Assembly (NCBI GenBank): GCA_017654855.1
Contig: CM030338.1
Location: 2,728,001-2,792,000 of the forward strand
Reading direction: 5' to 3'
DNA length: 64,000 nt
DNA from: Podospora anserina
Taxonomy: Eukaryota
Position numbers and translations under genes: made by a program. Positions 1 through 11,520 of the stretch are shown here, one piece after another. A model generated the notes under the pieces. It made no database searches and had not been told where the DNA came from. It saw only the letters and a program-made list of their open reading frames with translations. Position 1 is the first letter of the stretch, and the number at the start of each line of letters is the position of its first letter.

Positions 1-409
1 TCTTGGTCACCCCGCCTTTCGCCCAGCGCATTCCCCCTCTGACTCCACCTGCGACTCACCGCAGCACGTCATATCTTATCAGTTGAGTTCGTCCATAACG
101 ACTACATTCCTCCCAAATGACCAGACGATGCACCTGCCAGTCGGGTTCATCTCAAGAATCATCTCTCTCACTCAGACTCTGTCTTCTGCCAGATTCCATC
201 TGCATACACCATAGGTTTACTAAACCACCACCCCTTACACCGACAAGCCAATACTTGCGTGGAAAGGTGGAGAAGCCAGAAGCAGGGGCACATGAACAAC
301 TCCGAGTTGGAGAGAGAGGCGGTGGAGTTTGGAGTCTGCCCCAACAAGTCATCCACGTTGTCCCGATCCTCTATACGATATGCTGAGAAGTCAACCTCCT
401 CAGACTGTC

Positions 410-941
410 TCAACTCTGCAGCCAAACTCTATACCTCGCCCACTTCCACTTCTCGGCTCCTCCAGACTCGCTTTCCCAGTCTTGTCGAACCAACGTGCCC
501 TGCGCCGCCCAATCCACCACCTTTTGCTCGGTTTCAGGCCCTTCGCCAGAGACCACCTCCAAAGTAACCTTTCCGCTGAACATGACCTCAACCTCGTCCT
601 CTCCTTGTTCCCTTTTGAACTTTGTAAATGCATCAGAAGCAGCGGCGTAGAAGTTGCTGAAATCGTGGTGCTTTCTTGACCTTACATCCTTCCACATGCC
701 GCGTCTCAGCTCCCGTAGCTCTGGAAGTCCATTTAGCCTATGTCTTCCAACATATGTATGCAGGGAGGCATTGCTCACCTTCCCGACCTCTCGCAACCTT
801 CTTGCCCATGGTGACTTCGGCATCTTCGGTGAAGCAGTCGAGCCAGGGCTCATACATTCGTTTGGGGTCGTCCGATATGGCGAAGAAGTAGAAGATAAAA
901 CTCGGGATTTCAATCCCCGGCTTGCGAGTAATTGGATTCAT
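410..941 (-). CDS. Small SnoaL/NTF2-like protein (~157 aa), 2 exons (941-779, 720-410)
   Basis: ORFs 738-941 and 410-913 join in frame through intron 778-721 (GTGAGC...GCTAAA...CCAG), giving ...FFAISDDP..WLDCFTEDA..RGRE|ELRELRRGMW..RKHH..EVMFSGKV..WKWARYRVW. The fold is assigned from recalled family pattern. Confidence 0.7.
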
Positions 942-1200
942 GTTGCTGTGGTTTTGTTTTGTTTGTGTACAGTTAAAAGAAGAGAGAGAAGAGCAATCCG
1001 TTAGGTTGCAAGACCAAACCTCTGAGAAAGTGACGCAATTAACCCTGATGACCCATACTTAACCCTGAGAAAGACATGTACCCCCTGCCTCATGTACACA
1101 AACCAAGCCTTCTTTGAGAATCATATCTTCTCCCCCTTTCCCACATAGGCATCTAACTCTCTTCCTCATCCTGCAACATAATCCCACTGGTCAGATCAAA

Positions 1201-1966
1201 ATGGACAACAGAGACAAAGACAGCATCAACAAGTTCGTCACCGATTTCCTCGCCCAGTCCAGCAACCTCACCGGCGGCGCAAGATGGTTCACGTACTTTG
1301 ACACCCACCCCACAGATCTAGAAACCGGAAACAGCGGCCTATGGGACTTCAAGGATGTAAGCCATCGCTTCGAAAAGTTCATAAGGGACGAGTACGGAAC
1401 TCGTGGCACCGAGCTACGGATAACTGGTGGTTGGATCTACGCTTCAAGACGCAACCCGGACGTACCATTCCGCTACAGGATTGCCTCTCGAGAATATCAC
1501 TCCCTGTCTCCCATCTTCATCACCGGCGACGGGAAGCCCAACGCCGAGGTCATGTTCCGCTGCAAGATCCACCTCACGTTTGGCAGTCCATATTGCCCTA
1601 CAGACAAGAAGGATGATTCAGAACCAGACTATTATCTCGAGAGGGGGGGCCTATGATCTCCCGAGGGAGGACTATCATCCAGAGAGGGAGTCTATACCAG
1701 AGAGACCCAAAAAGTACGACTTTGCTGTTTGGGGCAGGTTGGTCCGACGAGCTGGGGAAAACGAGATACTAAACAACCGTGAGACGGACCAAACTGGGGA
1801 AGACAAGCGAGTAAAACGCGAGAGTGATGATGATGATGATGATGGTTCTGCTCTTAACTTGTGGAAATGGGAAGCGTTCAAGTCCTGGGAGTATGACATG
1901 ACCGACGAGAAGTTGGGGGTCAGGCTCGATGATGAAGATTACCTGTTTCGAAGAAGATGGCCTTGA
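1201..1966 (+). pseudogene. Divergent paralog of the 410-941 gene, interrupted by a 1-nt frameshift in a G7 run (1643-1649); may be a sequencing error
   Basis: Motifs matching the neighbour occur before the G run (IASREYH, EVMFRCKIHL) and after it (DFAVWGRLVRR, WKWEAFKSW) in different frames. Removing one G fuses them. Confidence 0.6.
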
Positions 1967-2109
1967 GTGAAGGAACACTAGCTGTAGAAGATAGGCAATA
2001 TAATTGTAATATAAAATGGAAAAAAAAAAAGGAAACATCGCCTGTAAGATCGTATCATGCTCCCCTCCCATCTCGCGACTCCCAGTCTACATGAAGGCAG
2101 AAGCAAGAC

Positions 2110-2333
2110 ACAGTATATATACCATTCCAACCACACACCTTCGAACAGCTCCAATATCCTTGCCAGGGCGCCCTTGTGGTCAGGTCAAATGGTAAGGATA
2201 TTGGAGCTGTCAAACCCCCCCCGCCGGGGGCTTGCAACCGATATCCCCCGAGTTCGATTCGAAGTAAAACCACCGAGGTGTTCGTAACCGGCCACCTCCT
2301 GGGTTTGACCGGTGAGTTTTTTCGACTTTTTTT
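2110..2333 (+). ncRNA. Dispersed structured Pol III-type/tRNA-derived element, copy 1
   Basis: TATATA 2114; 21-bp hairpin 2145-2165/2190-2210; B-box-like GAGTTCGATTC 2250-2260; T6 and T7 at 2317-2333. Homologous to the copies at 40.7 kb and 58.2 kb. Confidence 0.6.
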
Positions 2334-2643
2334 CACGACCACACTCTATACAACAGAATGCTGGCAAGCAGGATGAAGAACAACTTGGACATGTGACTGC
2401 TAGCTAGCTAAGGTCTTCCCAGTGCCCAAAGTTCACACGTACCTCAATCATTTTAGACCCCTCTGCCCTCTGGAATAATTGCTACCTTTAGATCCTGCAA
2501 TATTCAGGTTGTGTTTGCAACAAAGAGGGCGAGTAATCTCACACTCGACCAAAAACTCCTCGCTCACCGAAACTGCCTAGACCAGATCCGATCGATCTTC
2601 CACAAATATCATTACAACATCATGCCTCCATGCTCACCAATGC

Positions 2644-4980
2644 TCACTTCGCAAACTATTCCAATGTTAGCCCAAATCCTCATTCAGAATGGAAAAACCA
2701 TGTACTCACAGCCTTGGCCTCCTCCTCGGTCACATCCGAAACATCCAGCTCCTCCTTCGTGATGAGCCCCAGTCCACCACCCACAATATGCTTATACCAC
2801 ATCTCCCTCCGGTCACCATCCAGCTCACCACTCAGCAAGCTCTTCTTCAGCGCTCTCAGAAGCTTGTTGTACAGCATCGGCATCTCGAACCCAAGCAACT
2901 CCTCCCTCATAACTCCCAAATTCTCAGCAGCCCGCGAGTAAAACACATCAGCAAAGCTGTCCTTGATGAGCTTCCGAACAATCTCGCCCATTTGCTTGAC
3001 AGCCTTCTCGATCGTCTCGTCGTCCTCAGCTGCGGCGAGCATCTGCTTGAACTCGGGAATAGCGTTTTCTGAAGAGATGGCAGCGCGCTTGGGTTGACCG
3101 CCAAGGAGGGAGTCAATGTCGAGGCCGGAGAGGGGCTTGACGGTGTCTTTCTTGCCGAAGCGACCTTTGGCCTTTTCGGGAACCTTCTTGAGTTCTGCGG
3201 CATCGATCAGGTTGCCGATTTCGTGCTTGGCTTTCTCGAGGAGCTTCTTTGGAGGCTTGGAGTACCTCAACAGAATCTCGGCTGGTTGCCCGATGGGCGA
3301 GTCTGGGTCAACAGCCCGGGCTCGGATGGCCTGGTTCATCCGGTGGATGATTGGGTTGTACACCTCGTCTACGGGTGCATAGTCTACTGGTTTTCTGTTG
3401 CGACATGTTAGTAAACTGCCGGGATACATGGAGCGAAAAGCATACCCATCCTCATCAACATCATAGTTCGACAAATCCATTGCGTCAACAAAGTCGCTCA
3501 CAGCGTCCTTCAAATCATCGTTTGGCAACAGCCGATGCTCCTTGAGCACACTCCCAGACACGGTAAGCACCTTGTCCAAGGGCGGGAATTGGTAACTTCG
3601 GATATCCTCGGCAAAGGGCAGAGGTACATCGTAAAGGCACTCAAACTCATCCTCAAGACCAGTGTTGGGCTTGAGAAGAAGAATCTGAACTGCAGCCTCA
3701 TCCTTTTGCACATATCTGGCAACAGCATACGAGTCAGCCTCGTAGAGAGCATGAATGAATGCCGAAAGTCCCAATTCGGCCTCCTCGTTCATTTTCTGGG
3801 GCACAATCAGACCCGTTTCGCCCATGTTGATAAAGGGATTGTAACTGTCAAAGGGGACGAACCCGATGATGGTGAATGACTTTTTGGTCGAGTACTTTGT
3901 GATGGACAGGTCGGACTCGCCAAACGGAACCACCGTGCGGCCATACTGGTAGCCCTTTGCAAGCTCTTCAAAATCAACGTCTCTCTTGCCTCCTGGGGCG
4001 TCGGGATCGTTGACCTTGTAGGTGCGCATTTGCTTGACACCGGAGAACTCGGCTCCGCCCATCTCAGAATCCCCATCTTCGTCTTTGTAGGTCTGTGATT
4101 GACTGAATCCGTTATTGTTGCTGACCACGACGGTGCTTGCTGATGGCGCAGAAGCGCGTTTGGTCTTGTAGTAACGCTCCACGTGGAAGCTGATGGCGCT
4201 TGGATATTTGTCTGGGTCTCCGAGGGTCAAAGGCCCATCATAGGCCTTGAATGGTCGTACTGGCTTGATCCGAGGTATTGACAGCTCATCCACGGCCTGT
4301 TGCATGGTGCCGAACACGCCGTCATTGCACTTTTCCACCAGTTGCTGAAGTGCCTTTTCGTTGTTTTTCTTGTTGGTAGACTTGTCTTCTTCCTTAAAGC
4401 CGTAGTCAGCGTCGTCAAAATCGATACCACTAAAAGAATGTCAGTCTGGCGCTGTCTCTTGTCGTCAGGAAATAGAAACATACATCACAATCAGTTCAAC
4501 TTTGAACTCGTTGAATACCGCAGCGATGTGGTCCAGCTCTTCATCATCAATGTTCGACTCGCCATTGGTGACAAGGATTACCCTCCGCTTGATCTTGTGC
4601 TTTGGATTGTACTTCTCAAGCATCTTCAGTGCCACCACAGCAGCAGAAACCGGATCGGCACCATAGCTCCTGGACGGCTGGACCTTGGAGCGCAATTCTC
4701 TGAGCTCCGTCATGCTCATGGGGCCGATGGGCTGTAACACAGAGATGTTATCGTAGCCCTCGAGCTTATCTTTATCCGCGAGTTCGTTCTCTGTCTCATC
4801 GGTGTTGAAGCCAACGAAACCTATGGTCCACGTCTTCCTGCTTGCCGCGACGGTATCTGAAATCTTGTCCCAAACATAGCGCATACCAAAATCGAGATCA
4901 GATTCGACGCGGCCGTTATGGCAATCAGCCATTGACTCGCCTAGGTCGACGACGTAGACTGTGGATTCCTTGTCGGCCAT
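2644..4980 (-). CDS. ku80: ATP-dependent DNA helicase II subunit 2 (Ku80), about 3 introns
   Basis: N-terminal vWA (MADKESTVYVVDLG), Ku core (KGYQYGR, LPFAEDIR.Y.FPPL) and C-terminal domain. Introns at about 4482-4430, 3444-3389 and 2710-2656; terminal exon FAK*. Confidence 0.95.
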
Positions 4981-5440
4981 TCTGTGTGTTTTTGCTCATC
5001 AACTGGAGTGAAAATGGAAGAATTGAGACGAATCCATGAGTTTCAATGTCAGATGTTCGAATAAATGGCCGTTGACACGATCTCCAGGCAGCATCGCCAA
5101 AGGACCCACGCGCCTTGATCTGGGTCTGGGATGGCAGCTGATGCCTTCCCTCTCGCGCGTGGGCACATGTCTTCGCGTCACCCAGCACTTAAACCCTCCT
5201 GCCTGCAACAAAAAGACGCTCGGGCCATGGCCCCAACCACCAGCTTCTCCACAAAGGCCAACAGCCAAGTGCACGCTTGAGCTGCACAATGATTGATTGA
5301 TAAGATCATGCCCCTCACAGAGAGTCTTGACCTCAGCTGTCTGTGAGCCCGTTCATAAATATCTCTCCAAAACACTGTTCCTCTCATCTCCTTAGCATCT
5401 TCCTCCCTATCCTTACAACCAAAACCTCACAACTCTCAAA

Positions 5441-6114
5441 ATGGGCTTCTTCTCCCCCGCCCCGTACCACATCATCAGGTACCACCACTCCTCCCCACCA
5501 GTTCACCACATACATCACCCTCAACTAACCCCCCCCCCCTCTCAGCTACGGCTTCCTTCTCGGCACAACCTTCTTCCACACCTTCGTAGGCGGCATCGTC
5601 TCCTTCCGCGTCCTCCCCCGCCCCCAGTTCTCCTCCCTCATGTCCTCCCTCTTCCCAATCTACTTCACAATCCAAACCGCCCTCCCCCTCGTCCTAGCAA
5701 TCACCTACCCCGCCAGCCAAAACCCCTTCGGCATCACCGGCGGCATCACCGGCTTCCTTCACTCCTCCAACCGCTACTCCACCTTCGTCCCCGTCACCGC
5801 CACCTTTGTGTCCGCCCTCGCCAACCTCGCCTTCGTCGGTCCTCTCACGACCAAGGTCATGGATGAGAGGAAGCTCCAGGGTATGTGTACTCCATGCCTA
5901 CAATTACATATATCACTCGGTAATTATTAATGCCACAAAAAAAACAGAAAAGAAAGACGGCAAAAAATCCTGGGACTCCCCTCCCCACTCGCAAGAAATG
6001 CAAGCCCTCAACAAGCAATTCGGCATCCTCCACGGCGTGTCCAGCTTCCTGAACCTAGGCACCTTTATCGGAAGCCTTGTTTACGGCGTTACCCTGTCCA
6101 AGAGACTCTCTTAA
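5441..6114 (+). CDS. TMEM205/DUF4149-like membrane protein, 3 exons; divergent from ku80
   Basis: Spliced product FFSPAPYHIISYGFLLGTTFFHTFVGGIVSFRVLPRPQFSSLMSSLFPIYF...LNKQFGILHGVSSFLNL; introns at about 5479-5545 and 5882-5947. Confidence 0.85.
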
Positions 6115-6215
6115 AACCAATCCCCAACTACCAGCAAGTACCTTGCTCCCCACCCGAGTTCAAAGCGAATAGTTCGTCTCAGGTCCAACGTCTCAAGTCA
6201 AAGTCAAGGTCTCTT

Positions 6216-6217
<2 letters not shown>

Positions 6218-6260
<43 letters not shown>
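6218..6260. repeat. (CA)n microsatellite
   Basis: Visible dinucleotide run. Confidence 0.95.
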
Positions 6261-6263
<3 letters not shown>

Positions 6264-6777
6264 AAGCACAAAGCCACATGGCAGCAAGCATTACGAATGA
6301 CAAATTGGTTTATTACACCATGTTTTTTATCATGTGTTTCTGCTCTGTAGGTTGGTTATACAACATACACATTTACAGACAAAAACAAAGCCCCATCCAT
6401 TTACACGCCCAAACCCAGATATCTCCAAAAAAATGACAAATTAACGCCCGCTATAGAATGCCCTTTTTCTCTCAGGAGACAGTGAAAGAAAAAAAGAAAA
6501 ATACCACAAATCCCGCCGCTTGTTGTGTGTTGTGGTATTAATAGACCCGCCAATTTTCCGTGTCAACGATCCAACGCAAATATCCCATCCCATTCATCTA
6601 CCCATCCATCCAGTCTCAGAATCCAGTTGCGGCGGCGGGCTTTGCAACCCATTCATCCATCCATCCATCTACCCACCCACCCAAATCTCGATCCAGTAGT
6701 TTCCAGGTTTCGCAACCTCTCCATCCAATCTCTTCTTTTCTTTTTCTTTTGCTTTTTGCCCTCCAAACGATGATTGA

Positions 6778-7572
6778 TCACAACCCACTAGCCAAAGCCC
6801 TCAACTCTCTCTTCACCTCCTCCATCTCCCTCCTCCTCTTCTCGGCATCCTCCTGCACCTTTCTCCTCTCCCTCTCCTCCTCTTGCTGATCAACCAGCTT
6901 TTGCTTCTCCACCCACTGCGTCAGCGTCCACCGGCCTGGCTTCCTTGCCAGGAGCTCCTCCACGCTCAACTCGGCGGCCGGCTTGGGGAATTGGGTAGAG
7001 AGGGGGTCGACTCTGATTTGCTTGCGGCCCGGGACGGGGGGTTGGACGTGAATTATGGGGGTTGTGGCTGTCCTCTTTGGTGCAGCGGGGGGAGTGGCGG
7101 TAGGAATGGCGAGGGAGGTGGTTGAGCCGCAATTGTGGCATTGGGTGAGGGTAGCAGCAGGCTTGAGGTTGTTGTTGTTGTTGTTGTTGTTGTCGGTGGG
7201 GGTGGGAGGGGTGGTGACGGGGGGAAAGTAGCTGTCTGTTGAGGTGGCGGGGGAGGAGGAGAGGGTTGGTGGGGTGGTGGTGGTGGTGGTGGCGGTGGTG
7301 GTGGTGTCCGACATGGCGGAGGGGATGGTGGCGGTGGACATTGCGGTGTTGGTTGAGGTAGAGGATGTTTTTCGGTAGAGGGATGACCAGAAGCTTGAGG
7401 AAGTAGGGGAGCTGGGTCTGCTTAGTCTTCTGCTGGTTGGTCGGCTGTTGCTGCTGCTTTCCTTCTTGTTGGCGCTGTCGTTGTCTGTCGAAGAAGAGGA
7501 AGAGGAAATCAAGAACTGGAACGGGTTGCGGAAGGAGAACCGGTTGGGGTTTGAGGACGAGGAGGCTGCCAT
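6778..7572 (-). CDS. Hypothetical S/T/N-rich protein with C-terminal coiled coil
   Basis: 264-aa ORF with strong start context (CAAAATGG); C-terminal ELSVEELLARKPGRWT followed by a charged helix. Confidence 0.65.
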   Translation of the reverse strand: MAASSSSNPNRFSFRNPFQFLISSSSSSTDNDSANKKESSSNSRPTSRRLSRPSSPTSSSFWSSLYRKTSSTSTNTAMSTATIPSAMSDTTTTATTTTTTPPTLSSSPATSTDSYFPPVTTPPTPTDNNNNNNNNLKPAATLTQCHNCGSTTSLAIPTATPPAAPKRTATTPIIHVQPPVPGRKQIRVDPLSTQFPKPAAELSVEELLARKPGRWTLTQWVEKQKLVDQQEEERERRKVQEDAEKRRREMEEVKRELRALASGL

Positions 7573-9474
7573 TTTGAAAGAATGTGAAGAGGTGAATGCT
7601 GCTCTTTAAAAAGGTCGGTGGGTTAATGGGTAGGGTGAATTGGGGTTTCTGTTGCTCCGAAAAGTGAAAATCGTCGGTCCCTTTGTGGGGTTTTTGGGCT
7701 GGTCGCGAAGCTTAAGATAAGCCTTTTCCCCCTTGCTGGCTGTCACCGGATTCCCCCTGACTCTTTTCAGGGTCTTTCCCTGGGCAAGAGAGCAAACGGC
7801 CGAGTGAAGCTTGATTCAACTTTGTGCTCTTTGCAGGCGCTACTAACTCGGCTGGTTCCACAACAAAACAAAACGTGGAAAGAAGCGGTGCCTGCGAAGG
7901 GAGCCGGTGAAGACAGGCGGGGAAGTTGGTAGGTCTCGAGGGCTTTGGTGACTTTGCTGGTCGCGGATGGGATGAACGGTTGTGGCGGGAGCTACTGGCG
8001 GGCAACTGTGCTCGAGTCGTAAACACCGTCGGATTTGAGCTCGGAGGGTGATGGAGGTGACTTGCTGTCAAAAAGCTTGAGGTGCTCAGATGACAAGGTG
8101 GGATGAATAATAAGTGAATATGTTTGCTTTGTGACTCGAAAGACGAGATATTATTCACTGAGAGATATTCACGTTCTGTTCGAGAAGAGTCAAAAGACCG
8201 AGGAATAATAACACAACAATGTGACGAGTTCAAGACATCAAGAGTGAACCGAAAAGAAAAAACAAGGCAGCTGCCGTAATATATACCCTCACAAACAAAC
8301 ACCCTCCTCTTCTCCTCCCTCTTTCATGTCCGCCCGACCCGCTGGTCACAACCAATGCCCGGTGGTGGTGGTGGTCGGGGAGGCTCTCCCGCGCTCTGAC
8401 CGGACTAGGACCAGGGTCCGGACTGCGGAGAGGGCCCAGTCCACCCAGATTTTCCCCATCTCCCGTGATGATCCATCTCCACTCCCTCTATGTCAAATTC
8501 ACGGGGGGTTATCAAAATTGGGGTTTGCTTATTCTGGGAACCGCTGTGTTGTTCAATAACGGCCTGCGGTAATCGGCGGAGAGCGGGACAACAAGACCAA
8601 CTGGGTGGTCAGGTCAGGCGGGCCTGGTGGATATAAACATCTCTTTTTCACAGTTTCATGGTCTTATTTGTTGTGGTTATGGCCCTCCTCCACGGTGAAC
8701 CCCCCCCACACACACACCTTGGGCATTGAAGATGGGCCTGGTCTCTTTGGCTTCCAACCCCACGTTTCAAACGGGGCTCAACCAATCTGCAGCTGCATGC
8801 AAGTCCAGCACGCGAGGTAGCGTTGAAAAAAGAGCCAATTTCAGCCAGTTTGGTCATGTGGACCTTCTGGAATCCCGCACTAACTAGCGGGTCGTCACCG
8901 CTAGCAGCGTGGGAGGGCCCCTGTCTCGTGTCCAGATCTGTGGGATGCTCACACCATTTCAGGGAGCCGCTAAAAGCCGGAGTGCTTTGGCGAAGAAGAA
9001 CGATGCCTGAGAATGGATATCTTCAGCTGGTTTCCCAGCCCAATATGGCCTCAAGGTGGTGATGCCTGATGTTTTTTTTTTCGTTTGTTTTTTGTTTCTC
9101 TCTGTGTCAATTGTCTGTGGATAATCAAGAATACGGACATGAGCTCTGGTCACCTGAGTCGGAAAGTGGTGGACCAAGGCGTGGTCGGTAATTTACACTG
9201 TGATTAACGATAATATTCTCATGTTCCACCTGAAAGAAGATCACCTGCGCACCACCCCTCCCCACATCTCATCTGCACAGCTCATCTGCCGCCGCTCGTC
9301 TGAACGGTAGGATTGCAGCCCTGTTGGGCTCGGGTCTCGTCCGCGACGGGCATCAAGATGCAGAATCGTTGGCCATCTGGACCGGCCCGTCCCTGACGGC
9401 TGCTGTGCCCCCATCAATCTACTTTTGAAGTCTCGTAGTAGAAAGGTTGCATATACTGACCTCTGACACAGACC

Positions 9475-10677
9475 TCACTTCTGTTTCTGTTTCTGTTTCC
9501 GTCTTTCCTTCTCTTCAATCTGCTTGGCGATCTCGCTGGTGCGGATCACCTTGGGTGCCTTTGCTGGCGGTACCTTGTAGCCCGTGATCCAAGTTGGAGC
9601 AAACATGCCGACCTGTCTCTGATACGCCTTATACTCTGGGTATTTCCCCGCCGTGATGAGCTCCGTGAGCCACGTCGACCCTTGAAAGAGCATGATCAGA
9701 AAGGAAGGACCCACGCCAGCCCAACTGTACAAGTTCCTTGTGGCATAGCAACTCCACTGATACAGGACAAACCAGATGGTCTGCTCGCAAGCAAAGTTGG
9801 GATGCCTCGAGTAGCTCCACAGGCCCGTCGTGATGAAGCCACGATCGAGGTCGTCTCGCTTGAAGCCTGACGGAACCTTGGCGGTTTTTCGGTATTGCTG
9901 CTTGGCAGACTGAAACTCCCACTGCTGTTGGTCGGCGATCCACTCCGTGAGGATCAACAAGAGCTCGACAGACGTATATGCGATGTCGGAGCTGGTCAGG
10001 TTGGGCTCAAACTGAGATGCCAGCAGGATGGGATAGGCGGGGGCTGCGAGGGCGAAAAGCAGGATGCTTTGGATGAAGGAGATGAAGGTCCAGTTGAAGA
10101 CGTGAAAGGCAGCTTTGGGGACATATTGACGGATGATTTCCCTGCCCGGAATTAGTAAGCCGTTATAAAGGTCAAAAGACTTGCGAGTACACACACCATC
10201 GGTAGTCTTCCGATCCCACACTATAGCCGCCCTTTCTCCAGTAGTTGAAGGTGAGTCGAGCCTTCATCATGTTGTTAGCACTTCTGAGCTGACCCCATGA
10301 GCGACGGTGTAACTTACGCTCCATGCAGCGCTGAAGAAGAGCGCTGCGTCTAGTCTCTGACTGGGAATTCCTGCCAAACGGGCCCAGGCATTGAAGTGGG
10401 CAATGTAGATGGTGGGCAACAAACTCCATGCCCGGTCAACTTGTGAATAGTTGCGGTTGATCTCGGCGGCAACCAGGAAGATAGCACCCAGCACTATCGA
10501 GATGGCGAATCCAGATATGAGTGGGTTGGTTTCTGCGTAGAGGTCCAGGAGACCCTCACGGCGTGCAATGACATCAAGCACCTTGCTGGGCAGAGTGTAA
10601 AGCTGGGGGATAAACGGCTCCACCGTTTTGGAGAAGTCGGCGCAATCTTCGAGCGCTTTGATGGTTGGAAACGCCAT
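9475..10677 (-). CDS. DUF1295 (steroid 5-alpha-reductase-like) membrane protein, 3 exons
   Basis: NYSQVDRAWS, NYWRKGGY..GSEDYRW, ADQQQW and GFITTGLWSYSRHPNF motifs; introns at about 10318-10262 and 10191-10144. Confidence 0.9.
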
Positions 10678-11520
10678 TGTTGACTCGGATGTGTACTCAG
10701 TGACCGGATATGACTTGCTTCCTCAGTTGCAACATGAGATAGGTACTGGGAAGTCAAGTTATACCTGCTTGATGAGTGGCCAACTAACTGATGTGAGCGT
10801 CATCACATCCAGCGGCAACGATCTGGTGTTGGGCTGTGAAACGCTTGGATCGCCCAGGGTTAGGGGCGGTTTAGCGTGGTGTGGAAGCCGCCAAGACGCG
10901 ATTGCCCTTCGAAAGGTTTCCATTCTTACGTGGTATCGTGTATTTACTTTAAGTTCGCTTAGTTGCATATCGAGTTTGGGCTCACATCACGTTCGCGCAT
11001 GTATTTCATGAAATTTCACATCTCAACTCGGTTCACCACCCCATTCAGGCCTCGTGAACTGAAAAGGCGGGATTGTTGCCTAATATCCATGAAAGTCAAA
11101 TTCATCAGATGAGATTATCTGAACCCGAGGAAAGCTGTCAACCAGTGTTGACTGCTGCCTCTTATGGAAGGCACGAAGAGGAGCTTATACGTGCAGGTTG
11201 GAGTCTTGAGCAGGCTTTCCTCTCATCGCGACTCGGTTGTGAGAGCACATCATATCTACAATTTGATGAAGTCTAGATTTGGAGTCTCATCCAACATTCA
11301 ATCTCATGTTGCCAATTGCAGCTCTGCTCTCTTCTTCTTCTTCTCCTTCTCCACTCACTCTCCTTCACTAGCAAAGTCCACGGCAAAAACTACGAAACCA
11401 ACTTCAACCAAAACAACCAAATCGTCACCAACTTCATCGACTAAGATATCGAAGGCTTCCACCAAGACCTCATCAGCAAAAACTGAAGAACCAACCATCG
11501 ACACAAAACCCAACAACATC

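Noticed and set aside
2145..2270. Element as a functional tRNA gene
   Set aside because: It lacks the 3' T-stem and acceptor strand, and the anticodon region varies among copies.
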